This document shows positions 15,870-29,068 of a stretch of 64,000 nt of DNA, in pieces. This stretch comes from Eledone cirrhosa (taxonomy: Eukaryota), in assembly GCA_964016885.1 (NCBI GenBank), contig OZ024742.1:250294001-250358000 (forward strand), read 5' to 3'. Position 1 is the stretch's first letter. Every line of letters begins with the position of its first letter. The notes under the pieces are model-generated. The model saw only the letters and a program-made list of their open reading frames with translations, ran no database searches and was not told the DNA's origin. A program made the translations under genes and the position numbers.

Positions 15870-15877
<8 letters not shown>
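14916..15877 (+). mobile_element. ~710-bp unit with ~250-bp terminal direct repeat, family D1
   Basis: 14916-15167 nearly identical to 15625-15877; homologous to 46232-46926; (TA)n flanks. Confidence 0.85.
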
Positions 15878-15905
<28 letters not shown>

Positions 15906-15909
<4 letters not shown>

Positions 15910-16236
15910 AAAGAGATGAAATCGAAAATGCAACTGGAGTCTTATTTTTTTTTTAAATATATATATTTATTTGGTTCCTTTACCGGTTTCGCAGTTCTTC
16001 TGCTTTTCAAAAGTAGAGTTGAGATGGAGGGTCTGTGGTTTTTCACAGACCCTCCATCTCAACTCTACTTTTGAAAAGCAGAAGAACTGCGAAACCGGTA
16101 AAGGAACCAAATAAATATATATATATTTTTTTTTTAAATAAGACTCTAGTTGCATTTTCGATTTCATCTCTTTTTCTTTATACTTTCACTCGTGTAGGAC
16201 ATCGACGGTTATTTTTCAATTTGTAAAAAAAAACAC

Positions 16237-16242
<6 letters not shown>
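15906..16242 (+). mobile_element. Hairpin+tail derivative of the PLE terminus at 60.8-60.9 kb
   Basis: Arms 15906-16037 and 16044-16177. Right arm matches 60800-60929 and carries degenerate HHR TTGAAAA-GCAG-AAGAA-CTGC-GAAA-CCGG-TA. Confidence 0.85.
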
Positions 16243-16265
<23 letters not shown>

Positions 16266-16267
<2 letters not shown>

Positions 16268-16700
16268 CGATATTAAATAAATGGAAACTATATTTATAAA
16301 ACCATATTTATTTCATTATATATATTTCAGGGATATCATATTAAAAATATGTTATGCCTTCCTCAGACAAAATACAATATAAACAGTCTTATAAATAGAT
16401 AGATTCGACATACCTTTCAACATCGACTTCAATTTGAAAAGTTGAATTGAAGTCGATGTTGAAAGGTATGTCGAATCTATCTATTTATAAGACTGTTTAT
16501 ATTGTATTTTGTCTGAGGAAGGCATAACATATTTTTAATATGATATCCCTGAAATATATATAATGAAATAAATATAGTTTTATAAATATAGTTTCCATTT
16601 ATTTAATATCGTAAATATACTCCAAATACTTGTTGAGTGCTTTTATATCAGTTATAAATATTTACTCGTTGTTAACCCAACAATTTAAATAAAACTTTGC
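16266..16700 (+). mobile_element. Hairpin+tail insert related to 13083-14897
   Basis: Arms 16266-16434 and 16445-16613; outer ~130 bp and tail homologous to the 13-kb element. Confidence 0.85.
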
Positions 16701-16752
<52 letters not shown>

Positions 16753-16760
16753 CTGTGTGT

Positions 16761-16828
<68 letters not shown>

Positions 16829-16877
16829 GTGTGTTTATGTATATATACATGTATAACATATATATGTATGTATATAT

Positions 16878-16955
<78 letters not shown>

Positions 16956-16958
<3 letters not shown>

Positions 16959-18120
16959 TTACACAAGTATCAAAGTTATGTTTAAAACATTTAATCGCTG
17001 ATAATTGTTTCTTCAAAACTTAAGCTTGAGGTCCTCGGAGCATTATCAATGTTTGTACATATAATTAACCTCCTATTTAACTGAAGAATCATACAGATAC
17101 ATATATATTGATGTTGTGGACAACAGTTTCATGTTTACAGGGTGGAATAGAGGCGACATATATTATGCGAGAATTGTACAATAATTCAAATTAAGATTAA
17201 AATTAAAATTAAAAATTGAAATTAAAATTAAAAACATAGGGTGGAATACATGCGAGAGATAATACAAGAGAATAGTCTAATAATTAAATTAAAGAGATAG
17301 TACATGCGTTAGTCATATATAAAGGAATGGAACAAGCAAATGTATCATGCATATATGAGTATTGTATGGCAAGATATTACATAACAAACATTCAATACAA
17401 ATATAAATTAACATATGTAATGGATGTGAAATCTGTAACTTTCATATTCTACACACATACAAATTTGAACTATACAGAAAATATCATCGCATTCCATCCA
17501 CCATAATACATTAACATATTCGCTTAAAGTGCTTGTATTTTATGTAATACCTTGCCATACAGTACTCATATATGCATGATACATTTGCTTGTTCCATTCC
17601 TTTATATATGACTAACGCATGTACTATCTCTTTAATTTAATTATTAGACTATTTTCTTGTATTATCTCTCGCATGTATTCCACCCTATGTTTTTAATTTT
17701 AATTTTTCATTTTTAATTTTAATTTTAATTTTAATTTTAATCTTAATTTGTATTATTGTACAATTCTCGCATAATATATGTCGCCTCTATTCCACCCTGT
17801 AAACATGAAACTGTTGTCCACAACATCAATATATATGTATCTGTATGATTCTTCAGTTAAATAGGAGGTTAATTATATGTACAAACATTGATAATGCTCC
17901 GAGGACCTCAAGCTTAAGTTTTGAAGAAACAATTGTCAGCGATTAAATGCTTTAAACATAACTTTGATACTTGTGTAATCTATATTACTGCTCTGTAAAA
18001 CAACTGATGTTCTTACATTGAGCTCATTCTCTTACTGGTAATAAGGTAGTAATAAGTTACTCACCTTCCCTGTTTATAGTTGTTTATAGTATAGTATATA
18101 CATAACTATAAATAGTATCT

Positions 18121-18127
<7 letters not shown>
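16956..18127 (+). mobile_element. Hairpin+tail insert (arms ~430 bp)
   Basis: 16956-17385 is the rc of ~17533-17981; ~150-nt spacer; tail 17982-18127; microsatellite flanks. Confidence 0.85.
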
Positions 18128-18163
<36 letters not shown>

Positions 18164-18319
18164 TGTTTGTAGGTATGTACGTATATACGTATATACTTAT
18201 ATATATATATAAACGATAATTTTACAAAAACATTGAATACATTGCCACAGAAGAAAACAATACAGTAATAGAATAATACTATAAGGTATATAAGAAGCAA
18301 TTTGCAAAGAAAAAATATT

Positions 18320-18937
18320 CTAAGTTTCCCCTCTAAAAAATTGTTTTCCTTTTGCCTTGTTTTTGTTCGTTGCCTTGATTCCTGTTTGTTAATTTTCCTT
18401 AGTTTATTATTACTAAAATCTGTGACGAACGTGTTCCTCTTCTCCCCACTCATAATTTCAATGGTTTACCTTTTTAACAGAGTATCTTACATTCTTCTTC
18501 TTGCCTTTTTCTCCTTCTTTTTCTTGCCTGTTTTCCTTCTTTTTCTTTCTTTTATCTTTTCTTTTCGTTTGTTTCCATCTCACTAGACTTTCCTGCTATA
18601 AACAGCACAATACCTTCTCCCCGTCGTCACATACAATTCTGTCTGTACATGACATAACGTAATTGCTATAAGTCATTGATTTGTCTTACATCTTACTACA
18701 CGGACAGCGCTTTGGTTTGTGTCTGACGCTGTGACACCGGATGGACAAGCAGTACCGTTAGTAGAGGGTGAAACTACAAAAGTTGATCTCAACGGCTGAA
18801 GACCTTGGAGTTCTGTGTCTTTCGTTTGTATGTTTATTTAAAAAAAAAAACTCTTTAAGGCTTCCACTTCAAAAATGTATTTTTCATTTTGCCTTGTTTT
18901 CGTTCGGTGTCTTGTCTTCTCTTTGTTAATTTCCCTA

Positions 18938-18938
<1 letters not shown>
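18320..18938. repeat. Insert with diverged ~80-bp direct repeat, ~535-bp period
   Basis: TTTGCCTTGTTTT..TTCG.TG.CTTG..T.C...TTTGTTAATTT.CCT at ~18350 and ~18888. Confidence 0.5.
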
Positions 18939-18973
<35 letters not shown>

Positions 18974-19005
18974 TTGTGTTTGTGTGTGTGTGTTTGTGTG
19001 TGTGC

Positions 19006-19042
<37 letters not shown>

Positions 19043-19537
19043 TGTGTGTGTGAGTGTGTGTGTGTGTGTTTGTTTGTCTGTCTATCTGTGTGTGTGTGTG
19101 TGTGTGTGTGTATGTGAGTGAGTGTGGGGTGCGTGCGTACGTATATACAAATATATATACATAAATATATTTATATAGATATACACACATATATTATGTG
19201 CTATAGTGTATATAAACTCGGAAACAATCAAACATGCCCATAATTCTTACTTGTCATACACATTATCATTTTTCAGCAGAGACACCATCAAATATAATAG
19301 AAACCTAACACAGCAGGGGTTACTGTATTTTACGGAATGTGGAACCCTATTTGATGTCTATAACACACATGCAATATACACACGTTTTATACATACATAC
19401 CTACATACATACATATTTACATAGATGCATACATACATACATACATGTATACTTACATACATACATATATATACATGCATACATACATATATATATATGT
19501 ATATATATATGTATATATATATATGTGTGTATGTATG

Positions 19538-19598
<61 letters not shown>

Positions 19599-19613
19599 AA
19601 ATATGTATATATG

Positions 19614-19719
<106 letters not shown>

Positions 19720-19960
19720 CTCTCATTGCAGGAATGTATTTGGGTATCATGCTTCATGGCAAATTATTATTTTTTTTTTTTCCATTTGTCTGTGATGAAT
19801 TATTGTCATGACAACTTTAATATTTTAGTCCATTAATCTTATTTCTATGTAGTTATCTACTAAATTACATTTTGATCTCCGTGATCTACGAACGAATCCG
19901 GGTGACATTTATTCTGCTCTGCATTGATCCGTATTACCGTGTATTATACTGCACACATCA

Positions 19961-19997
<37 letters not shown>

Positions 19998-20742
19998 TGC
20001 AATAGATCTTGTACTAGGCAAAAGAAAAAGCACGTACTCACCCAAATACAAACATATACGTCCGCCTGTATGATACACCCATATATAATAGGTACACTGC
20101 GTGTGATAATGCCTGTTTCTTTTCCGCTTTTGGTGCTTATATGCCCTGTTATTAGATTATTTTCTGTAGTAAAAAAAATGTTCACATTTTAATCGCAGCC
20201 CTCTTCCAACCATACATCACTATTTACATATATACATGTATGTATGCATGCATTCATGTATGTATGCGTTGTGTATGTATGTAAGCACGCATGAATGCAT
20301 GAATATATATGTATATATATACATATAGAGAGAGAGAAATTTACAAAATCATTATTTAAACCTTCCCAATCCAGAAGAGTGAGAATAATATTTAGTGCAC
20401 AACCCTGACACATGTTTCATCGCATGTATTATATATCAGTCTTGAATGCTAATATTTGACTATTTCAATCAAATTAAATCGAATCTAACTACTTAAAAAA
20501 GCTCGTGTCATTGCTATGCAATAAATGTTATTCCACCTTTCTAGGTTGTGATATTTTAAATAGTAATTTTGTAGATTTCTATATATACTCCGTAAATTGT
20601 TACACTTGGAACCTATAGATGCCCTACCACAGGATTTACCAAATGAGATAATTCAACCGTTGAGTAAAATATTACTGTAAGCTGCTTCTAATTTTTGTTT
20701 TATAAAACTGAATAATATCATAATTATATATATATATATATA

Positions 20743-21477
<735 letters not shown>

Positions 21478-21634
21478 CATGCATGCTTACATACATGCAT
21501 ACATACGTACATCTTTACAAACGTACATACATGCATACATGCATACATACACGCATGCATACATACATACATACATACATACATACATACATACATACAT
21601 ACATACATACATACATACATACATACATACATAC

Positions 21635-24122
21635 GATATTCTATCGGAAGTATCTTACTGACCTCTACCAACAAGTTCTTAAGGGAGATACACTTATACC
21701 AGAATGGTTGACATTAGCACAAACATTACTGGTCCCCAAGAACAAAGACACCCACTTGGCAAAAACTACCGACCCATTGCATGCCAGAACCTGATGTATA
21801 AGATGTATACAGCCTGCCTGAACCACCAAGATCACTGTGAAAATAATAACATCTGTGAAAATAATAACATCATCACAAGCAGCTGGAAAGAAAGGGGTTG
21901 GGGATGTGCTGAACAACTCCTAATCAACAAAACTGCAGTGTTGGAGGTGTGACAACTTAGGTGGAATATGACTACAGTCTGGCTGGACTACAGGAAAGCT
22001 TTCGATTTAGTTCCCCACTCTTGGATGATAGAGGCCCTCCAACTTGCTACTGTCCCAAACATTATTGTCAGAGCCATAGAGAGACTGTCTTCTTCTTGGG
22101 CTACTATCCTAAGGTTAAAGACAGAGAGGGAGGACTCTATTTTCACTGATAAAATAAAATATCACAGGGGTATATTTCAGGGGGACAGTCTCTCTGTGAT
22201 ATTATTCATCTTCTCATTAAACCCCTTGTCCTTTCTGCTCAAGAAATGTGAGGGATACATCATTGGCTCACAGGAGGACAGAAATACGAAGCTAACCCAT
22301 AATTTATTTGTGGACGATCTGAAACTCTATGCCAAGAACATGGATGGGATGAAGAAAAATCTTGACCTGGTTACAACGTTCTCAAAGGATATAGGAATGG
22401 AGTTTGGCCAAGATAAATGCTCATATATGATTGTAAAGCGGGGAAAAACAACAACCCAATCTAGCAACATTGTCATCAATTGCCTAACTGTTTCACCGAT
22501 ATCTGATGAGGAGTGCTATAGATATCTGGGGATAGATGAGAACATATCCTATAATGGTATTTGTAATAAGGAACGCGAAACCAGGGAATACTACACCCGA
22601 TTAAGAAAGATCTGGTCATCGGAACTCTCTGCGCAAAACAAATCAGTGGCTCACTAAGTGTTTGCTGTGCCAGTCCTAACACCAATGTTTGGAATACTCA
22701 ATTGGGCGATAGACGAAATCCGAGCAGTTGATGTTGGAACTCGAAAAATACTGAACAACACCGGAAACTTCCACATCAACAGTGCCATAGACCGCCTTTA
22801 CTTGAAACGTAAGCAAGGAGGCAGAGGCCTAACATCAGTCCAGACAACATTTGAATGTCGCATCATATCTCTCCGACAACATCTCCGAACCTCGAAGCGT
22901 AGGAGCCCGTTTCTAGAGCAAGTCTATCTGCATGAAACAGATAAGATCATGAGAGTTGGGAAGGAACTCCTCGAGAGATATTCCCTGTGTGATAATCAAA
23001 AACTCACACCCAGGGATGTCGCTCAGCAGTATCGCAGTGAATCCATGGATGAAAAACTGCATGCCTATCAGCAAAAAAATCATGCATGGATATGTTGCCA
23101 GGAAGCTCCAGAGTGAGAGTAATATAGATAAGGAAAGTAGTCTATCTTGGACCAACAACCGCTATATTGGCTCCCACTTTGAAGGATACGCTTTTGCAAT
23201 CCAGGAACAGGAGATTAACACGAAATACCTGATTCACAAAAAAGATATGGATGCCGGCAAAACACCTAGATGTGATAACAAGTGCAGACTCTGCAGAACT
23301 AACATCGAGGATATCACCCATGTCATCAGAAGCTGTCCAAAGATGTCATCGCGGTACTATCTACCTATGAGGCATGATGTAGTGGCCAAAACACTGTACA
23401 ATGCAGTTCGTAAAAAGGATAGCCCCGATAATAAACACATTAAAAGCTACAGCAATGTGGAAGACATCCATGTACATAATATGAAAGAGTACTGGTGGAA
23501 TGTTCCAGTAAAAACCCCAATAAAATGCAGGCATAACAGACCAGATATTATGATATGGGACAGGGAGAAGAAAACATGCACACTAGTGGAAATTAGCTGC
23601 CCAGCAGATGCCAATATAATATCAAAGATTATTAAAAAGGAGAATATTTATGCAGAACTGATGAGAAATCTGCAGATACTTCACCCTGATTACACCTTCA
23701 GATTTATGCCTGTGATTATTGGGGTACTGGGATATGTTAGTAACTGCCTCAATACAAATCTTGAGAAGCTAGGCTTCACAGGAACAGAAAGAACACAACT
23801 AGTTAGGAAATTACAAGTACAATCCACAGTAAAAAATATGGAACAGTAAAAATATGTAAAACATTCCAAAAATGTTGCATCTAATAACTGCATATACACA
23901 TGTACAGATGCAAAGCATATACACATGCACACATACAACTCAAAACAAACAATAACATCCATACACATCCAAACATACAATAACATCCATATCTACACAT
24001 GCATACATACATATCTACCTAGTTGATGTTGTGTAAATTCCAATGAGAGAGTCTTGTGTCTATGTTAGAAACCCACTCTCTCTCTATTGGTAAAACTTTG
24101 TGAAATTATAAAACCAGAAGAA
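21635..24122 (+). mobile_element. 5'-truncated R4/Dong-like non-LTR retrotransposon (RT + CCHC + RLE), disrupted
   Basis: NYRPIAC, LDYRKAFDLVPHSW, GIFQGDSLS, HNLFVDDLKLY, GGRGL, CRLC..EDITHVIRSC, RHD, PDIMIWD...VEISCP. (CATA)n on both sides. Confidence 0.92.
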
Positions 24123-24239
24123 CATACATACATACATACATACATAATACATACATACATACATACATACATAATACATACATACATACATACATACATA
24201 CATACATACATACATACATACATACATACATACATAAAT

Positions 24240-24321
24240 GATGGCTGCCCCCTCGTTATCGAGTATGGCCATTGTACGAGGAGAGAAAAAAAATTAATAA
24301 ATAAATTTAAAAAAAAAAGAA

Positions 24322-24354
<33 letters not shown>

Positions 24355-27131
24355 TATACATATATACACACACATATATATACACACACACATATACATT
24401 AATAACAATAATAATAATAATAATAACAACAATAATAATATACATATACATATATATATACACATACACGCACACACAAAAAACATATCTATACACACAC
24501 ACACACACACGATAGCAACTAACAGCGCTGCGATCGAATGTGGCTTTTTAGCCCAGCCAATGATCTAAAATATCTTGCACAGAGTCGGCAACCAAAACAT
24601 TCACTGGGAATAGTCGGCTGTGGTTGGAGTTCGTGTACTTTTGCATGTCACTTGAGCCCTCCTGCTGATTTACATTCTCTACCACATGTTTGACAAGCAT
24701 GATGAGTAGCATTTCCAACAGCAGCCTGGTAGTCAACGACTGGTCTTACTTTATGACTGCGAAGATGACTTTCGAGTCCAGCTTTGCTTAGGCAGAGTCT
24801 CGCACAGACGCTGCATGTCAGCACCATAGGAGGACCCTCGCCGTCTGGAAGTGCAACAGCAATGCCCTTCCTCACATCCCGCTTTACTTTCTCGTATGCG
24901 ATTCGAGATGCCTCAAAGGCAACTTTTCCCTCATATACAGTCTTTCTCCATTTATTATGATCAGCAGCAATATTTTCCCATGTATCAGCAGAGATGTTAG
25001 CGTCTTGCAAAGAGGCTTTCAAGGAATCCTTATACCTCTTTTTTGGTTTATGTGGCGGTCGTTTTCCTTTAACCAACTCTCCATAAAAGAGTTGTTTTGG
25101 TATTCTAGAATCCTTCATCCTGGCAAGGTGACCACTCCAATGGAGTCGTTGCTTAAGCACAAGAGCTTCTATACTGTCACACATAGAGCTTTCCAAAATC
25201 TCGACATCACTGATGTGGTCCCTCCAGTGAACGCCATGGATCCGTCTGAGACACATCTGATGGAAACGCTCCAATTGCTTAAGGTGGTGTCGATATGTGA
25301 CCCAGGTCTCGCAGGCATAAAGAAGACAAGAGAGCACACATACCTTGTACACCCTTACCTTTGTCCTCCTGCATATGTCTCGCCGACCCCAGAGTCGCCT
25401 TTCTAGCTTTCCGAAAGCATCACTTGCTTTCCTAATCCTAAGTGAGATTTCACTGTCAAGGTTGCTGTATCGATTGACAGTGCTTCCCAGGTAGACAAAC
25501 TGATCAACCACTCCAAGTCGTTTACCATACACATAGATATTTGGTTCAGTGTACTGCTCACCAGGGGCAGGTTGGTACATGACGACGGTTTTCTTGAGAC
25601 TGACAGTCAATCCTAGGGCAGTGCAAGCGTCGGAAAATGCATTCAAAATGCATTCACTCTCTGTGTGCGCTACAAGATCGCAATCATCTGCATACAAGAG
25701 GTCTCTTATGGTTGATGTAAATATTTTTGTCTTTGCAGCAAAGCGCCTGATGTTAAATATGCTGCCTGAGGTTCGATATCGGATGTAAACACCATGCTCG
25801 CAATTCCTGAATGCAATACAGAAAACCATTGGAAAGTATATGGCAAACAGGGTCGGTGCTGGAATATCCTCCCGTTTCACTCCATTTTTTACTGAGATAG
25901 GCTCCGACATGTTACCTCCGACATTAACCCAAGCCTTCATGTCGTCATGGAAAGACCTAACTAAAGCAAGGAACTTATCAGGGCAACTAAGTTTCTGGAG
26001 AACCTTCCATAATGCATCTCTGTTAACAGTATCGAAAGCTTTTGTCAGATCGACAAAAACCTGATACAGATTCAAGCCTTGTTCCATGCACTTCTCCTGG
26101 AGCTGTCTAGCTGAGAAGATCATATCAGTAGTGCCGCGTCCAGCACGAAAACCAGATTGACTTTCAGGAAGAACACAATCTGCAATGTGTGTTAGTAGAC
26201 GGTCCAGAAGCACCCTACATAAAACTTTCCCTACGGCAGAAAGCAATGATATACCTCTGTAGTTCCCACAATCATTCCTGTTACCCTTTCCCTTGTACAA
26301 GACCACCATTACTGCATCTCTCCAGTCCTCAGGTACGGATTCATTAGCCCATATCCTGCCAAACAAAGAGTGAAGATGTTCAAGGAGTCTCTCACCACCA
26401 TATTGTAGGAGCTCAGCATGTATGACATTCATACCTGGAGATCTTCCACTGTTCAGCTTCGAAATAGCCCCTGCAACCTCCACAAGCGTCGGAGGTTCTG
26501 CGAGAGCTACTTTCACAGGACTTTCTGGAATGAGTTTGAGGAAATCTTCACTGACGACAGACGGCTGATTCAAAAGATCATCAAAGTGCTCTCGCCACCT
26601 TCGTAGAATTCCTTGTGAGTCACGAAGAAGTTCTTTGCCATCCTTGCTGCGAAGCGGTGTCACCAGAGAAGAAGACGGTCCATAAACCTCATGCAAGAGA
26701 CTGTACAACAGCTTTGTGTTATTGGAATCTAACGCAGTTTGTATCTCACCAGCTTTCTCACGCCACCACTGATCCTTCATCTGAGAAAGACTCCGTTTAA
26801 CACGTAATTTCACATCCTTGACTTCCCCATGCACCGTATTCCTCTCCTGTGGTTTTACCGTCAAGTAACGTGACAGAGCACGCCTCTTATCAGCCAACAA
26901 GTCTTCTATATGTACATCATTCTCATTAAACCAGTCCTGATGTTTTCTCTTCACCAATTGCAGAATACGCCTGCCTACATCATAAACCGACTTTTTAAGG
27001 GTCGGCCAATCCTCACCAAGATCTGCAGCCTGCATCTCTTCTTCCAGCTTCCTCTTCACATTTTTATCCTTAAGACGAGCAGCATTCAATCTTTTGGGCA
27101 GGGCAACACCAGGAGCTCGGATTTTACGTTT
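24240..27131 (-). mobile_element. 5'-truncated RTE-clade LINE with (TATG)n tail
   Basis: Contains the 813-aa RT ORF. 3' terminus ...GGCAGCCAT then (TATG)n. Right flank duplicates 24082 onward. Confidence 0.92.
24648..27089 (-). CDS. RTE reverse transcriptase ORF (endonuclease domain lost) with C-terminal C2H2 fingers
   Basis: NYRGISLL, LPESQSGFR, FVDLTKAFDTV, LLYADD, FVYLGS, LYACETW, WSGHLARM, CSVC...LESH. The frame continues past the TGA to a TAG at 24519. Confidence 0.92.
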   Translation of the reverse strand: MNAARLKDKNVKRKLEEEMQAADLGEDWPTLKKSVYDVGRRILQLVKRKHQDWFNENDVHIEDLLADKRRALSRYLTVKPQERNTVHGEVKDVKLRVKRSLSQMKDQWWREKAGEIQTALDSNNTKLLYSLLHEVYGPSSSLVTPLRSKDGKELLRDSQGILRRWREHFDDLLNQPSVVSEDFLKLIPESPVKVALAEPPTLVEVAGAISKLNSGRSPGMNVIHAELLQYGGERLLEHLHSLFGRIWANESVPEDWRDAVMVVLYKGKGNRNDCGNYRGISLLSAVGKVLCRVLLDRLLTHIADCVLPESQSGFRAGRGTTDMIFSARQLQEKCMEQGLNLYQVFVDLTKAFDTVNRDALWKVLQKLSCPDKFLALVRSFHDDMKAWVNVGGNMSEPISVKNGVKREDIPAPTLFAIYFPMVFCIAFRNCEHGVYIRYRTSGSIFNIRRFAAKTKIFTSTIRDLLYADDCDLVAHTESECILNAFSDACTALGLTVSLKKTVVMYQPAPGEQYTEPNIYVYGKRLGVVDQFVYLGSTVNRYSNLDSEISLRIRKASDAFGKLERRLWGRRDICRRTKVRVYKVCVLSCLLYACETWVTYRHHLKQLERFHQMCLRRIHGVHWRDHISDVEILESSMCDSIEALVLKQRLHWSGHLARMKDSRIPKQLFYGELVKGKRPPHKPKKRYKDSLKASLQDANISADTWENIAADHNKWRKTVYEGKVAFEASRIAYEKVKRDVRKGIAVALPDGEGPPMVLTCSVCARLCLSKAGLESHLRSHKVRPVVDYQAAVGNATHHACQTCGRECKSAGGLK

Positions 27132-27219
27132 CTATTGGTAAAACTTTGTGAAATTATAAAACCAGAAGAACATACATACATACATAATACATACATACAT
27201 ACATACATACATACATACA

Positions 27220-27826
27220 TGGTGGCTGCCAACTCGTTTTCGAGTACGGCCACTACTTTATATCCATGTAGGAGAACCCCTACCGATGCGCTGAACGAAT
27301 GTGACTTTTTAGTCCAGCCAGCGACTTGAAAACTCTGGTACAAAGACTACACTTGTGACCATTATTGACACATAGTGCAGGGCCCATGGTACCATGTGAT
27401 GACAAGTGCAGAGAGATCTCCAGATATAAAGCAATGCCTGTGCTGTGAAGCTTTTATAGTGAGCAAAGGCACTGCACAAAGCCAGTCCCACTCTCTTAAC
27501 CAAGATGATATTTACCAAAAAGAAGAACAAGTCAACATCATTGGATACCATCAGGGTTGCAGGTGTTATATCAGAGTTTTCCTTCTCCTAGAATTCTGCC
27601 TTGACAAAGGCTAAGGGGTCATCTCTCCCGGTGATTATGGATGGCCATTGACTCTTAAGAGCTCCTTTGCCCTTTGACAGGTTTTGTTTTTAGTCCTGCA
27701 AGATGTCCAAAGTCCCCCTCCTCACCAAAAAACCTTGGTGGGTTGCCAGTTTAGTCGCCAACGACCCGAGCATGAGACAGGTTGTACTGGGATACATGTT
27801 ACCAGTAGCACCAGCTGGTGACCTTA
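27220..27826 (-). mobile_element. RTE-derived bipartite retroposon, subfamily B, full length
   Basis: rc of 3443-4013 plus terminus TGGCCGTACTCGAAAACGAGTTGGCAGCCACC-(ATGT)n. Confidence 0.85.
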
Positions 27827-27923
27827 CATTACATACATACATACATAATACATACATACATACATACATACATACATACATACATACATACATACATACA
27901 TACATACATACATACATACATAC

Positions 27924-28440
27924 ATGGTGGCTGCCAACTCGTTTTCGAGTACGGCCACCACTTTATATCCATGTAGGAGAACCCCCACCGATGCGCTGAA
28001 CGAGTGTAACTTTTTAGTCCAGCCAGCGACTTGAAAACTCTGGTACAAACACTACACCTGTGACAATTATTGACACATAGTGCTGGGCCCATGGTACCAT
28101 GTGACGACAAGGGCAGAGAGATCTCCAGATATAAAGCAATGCCTGTGCCGTGAAGCTTTTATAGTGAGCAAAGGCACTGCACAAAGCCAATCCCACTCTC
28201 TTAACCAAGATGATATTTACCAAAAAGAAGAACAAGTCAACATCATTGGATACCATCAGAGTTGCAGGTGTTATATCAGAGTTTTCCTTCTCCTAGAATT
28301 CTGCCTTGACAAAGGCTAAGGGGTCATCTCTCCCGGTGATTTTGGATGGCCATTGACTCTTAAGAGCTCCTTTGCCCTTTGACAGGTTTTGTTTTTAGTC
28401 CTGCAGGATGTCCAAAGTCACCCTCCTCACCAAGAAACCA
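27924..28440 (-). mobile_element. RTE-derived bipartite retroposon, subfamily B, 5'-truncated
   Basis: Closely similar direct repeat of 27220-27736, separated from it by (CATA)n. Confidence 0.85.
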
Positions 28441-28489
28441 TACATACATACATACATACATACATACATACATACATACATACATACAT

Positions 28490-29068
28490 ACTACCTCCAT
28501 ATGAGACGCGATATGATAGCTAGAACCATCTGGAGCGCACTTAGGAAAACTAAATTAAAAACAAATGAGGAGGAATATGTTGAGATAGATGGCACTAAAG
28601 AATACTGCTGGATCCTGAAATTAAAATCTCCCACCAAATTAAAGCACAACCAGCCTGATATTGTTGTTTGGGACCACACATTGAAAACATGCTCTGTTGT
28701 AGAGATCAGTTACCCACTTGATGTCAACGTTGTAAAACAAAATACAGAGAAATACATCTACGGACCATTGCTGAGGAGTTGGCAGATCCAGTATCCAAGA
28801 TACACCTTCAGATTCATGCCAATTATTAATAGAGCTACAGGCTATATACCAACCCGTTTGGACCAAAGTATTTATTACTGAACTTGGATTTATGGACATA
28901 GAGCGCAGCTCCCTGATTCATAAAATACAAATGGCTGCGGTAGTTGGCACCTTCAAAATTTGCAAAATATTCTTGCGATTCAAGGGATGACAATTTCTTT
29001 TCTTTTTACAACCTTGCCACCAGGAAGGTGGCTGGTTAAAAATGTACTCGAAATTAAGAGAAAGAGAA
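28490..29068 (+). mobile_element. 3' fragment of a second R4/Dong-like subfamily (RLE domain)
   Basis: YYLHMRRD..KHNQPDIVVWD...CSVVEISYP; (CATA)n on both sides. Confidence 0.85.

Noticed and set aside
24648-24650. Selenocysteine or readthrough at the in-frame TGA
   Set aside because: The position aligns with a non-Cys residue of a C2H2 finger; CGA>TGA decay is simpler and no SECIS was identified.
24957-26800. Plus-strand ORFs overlapping the RTE ORF
   Set aside because: Antisense shadows of the RT coding sequence.
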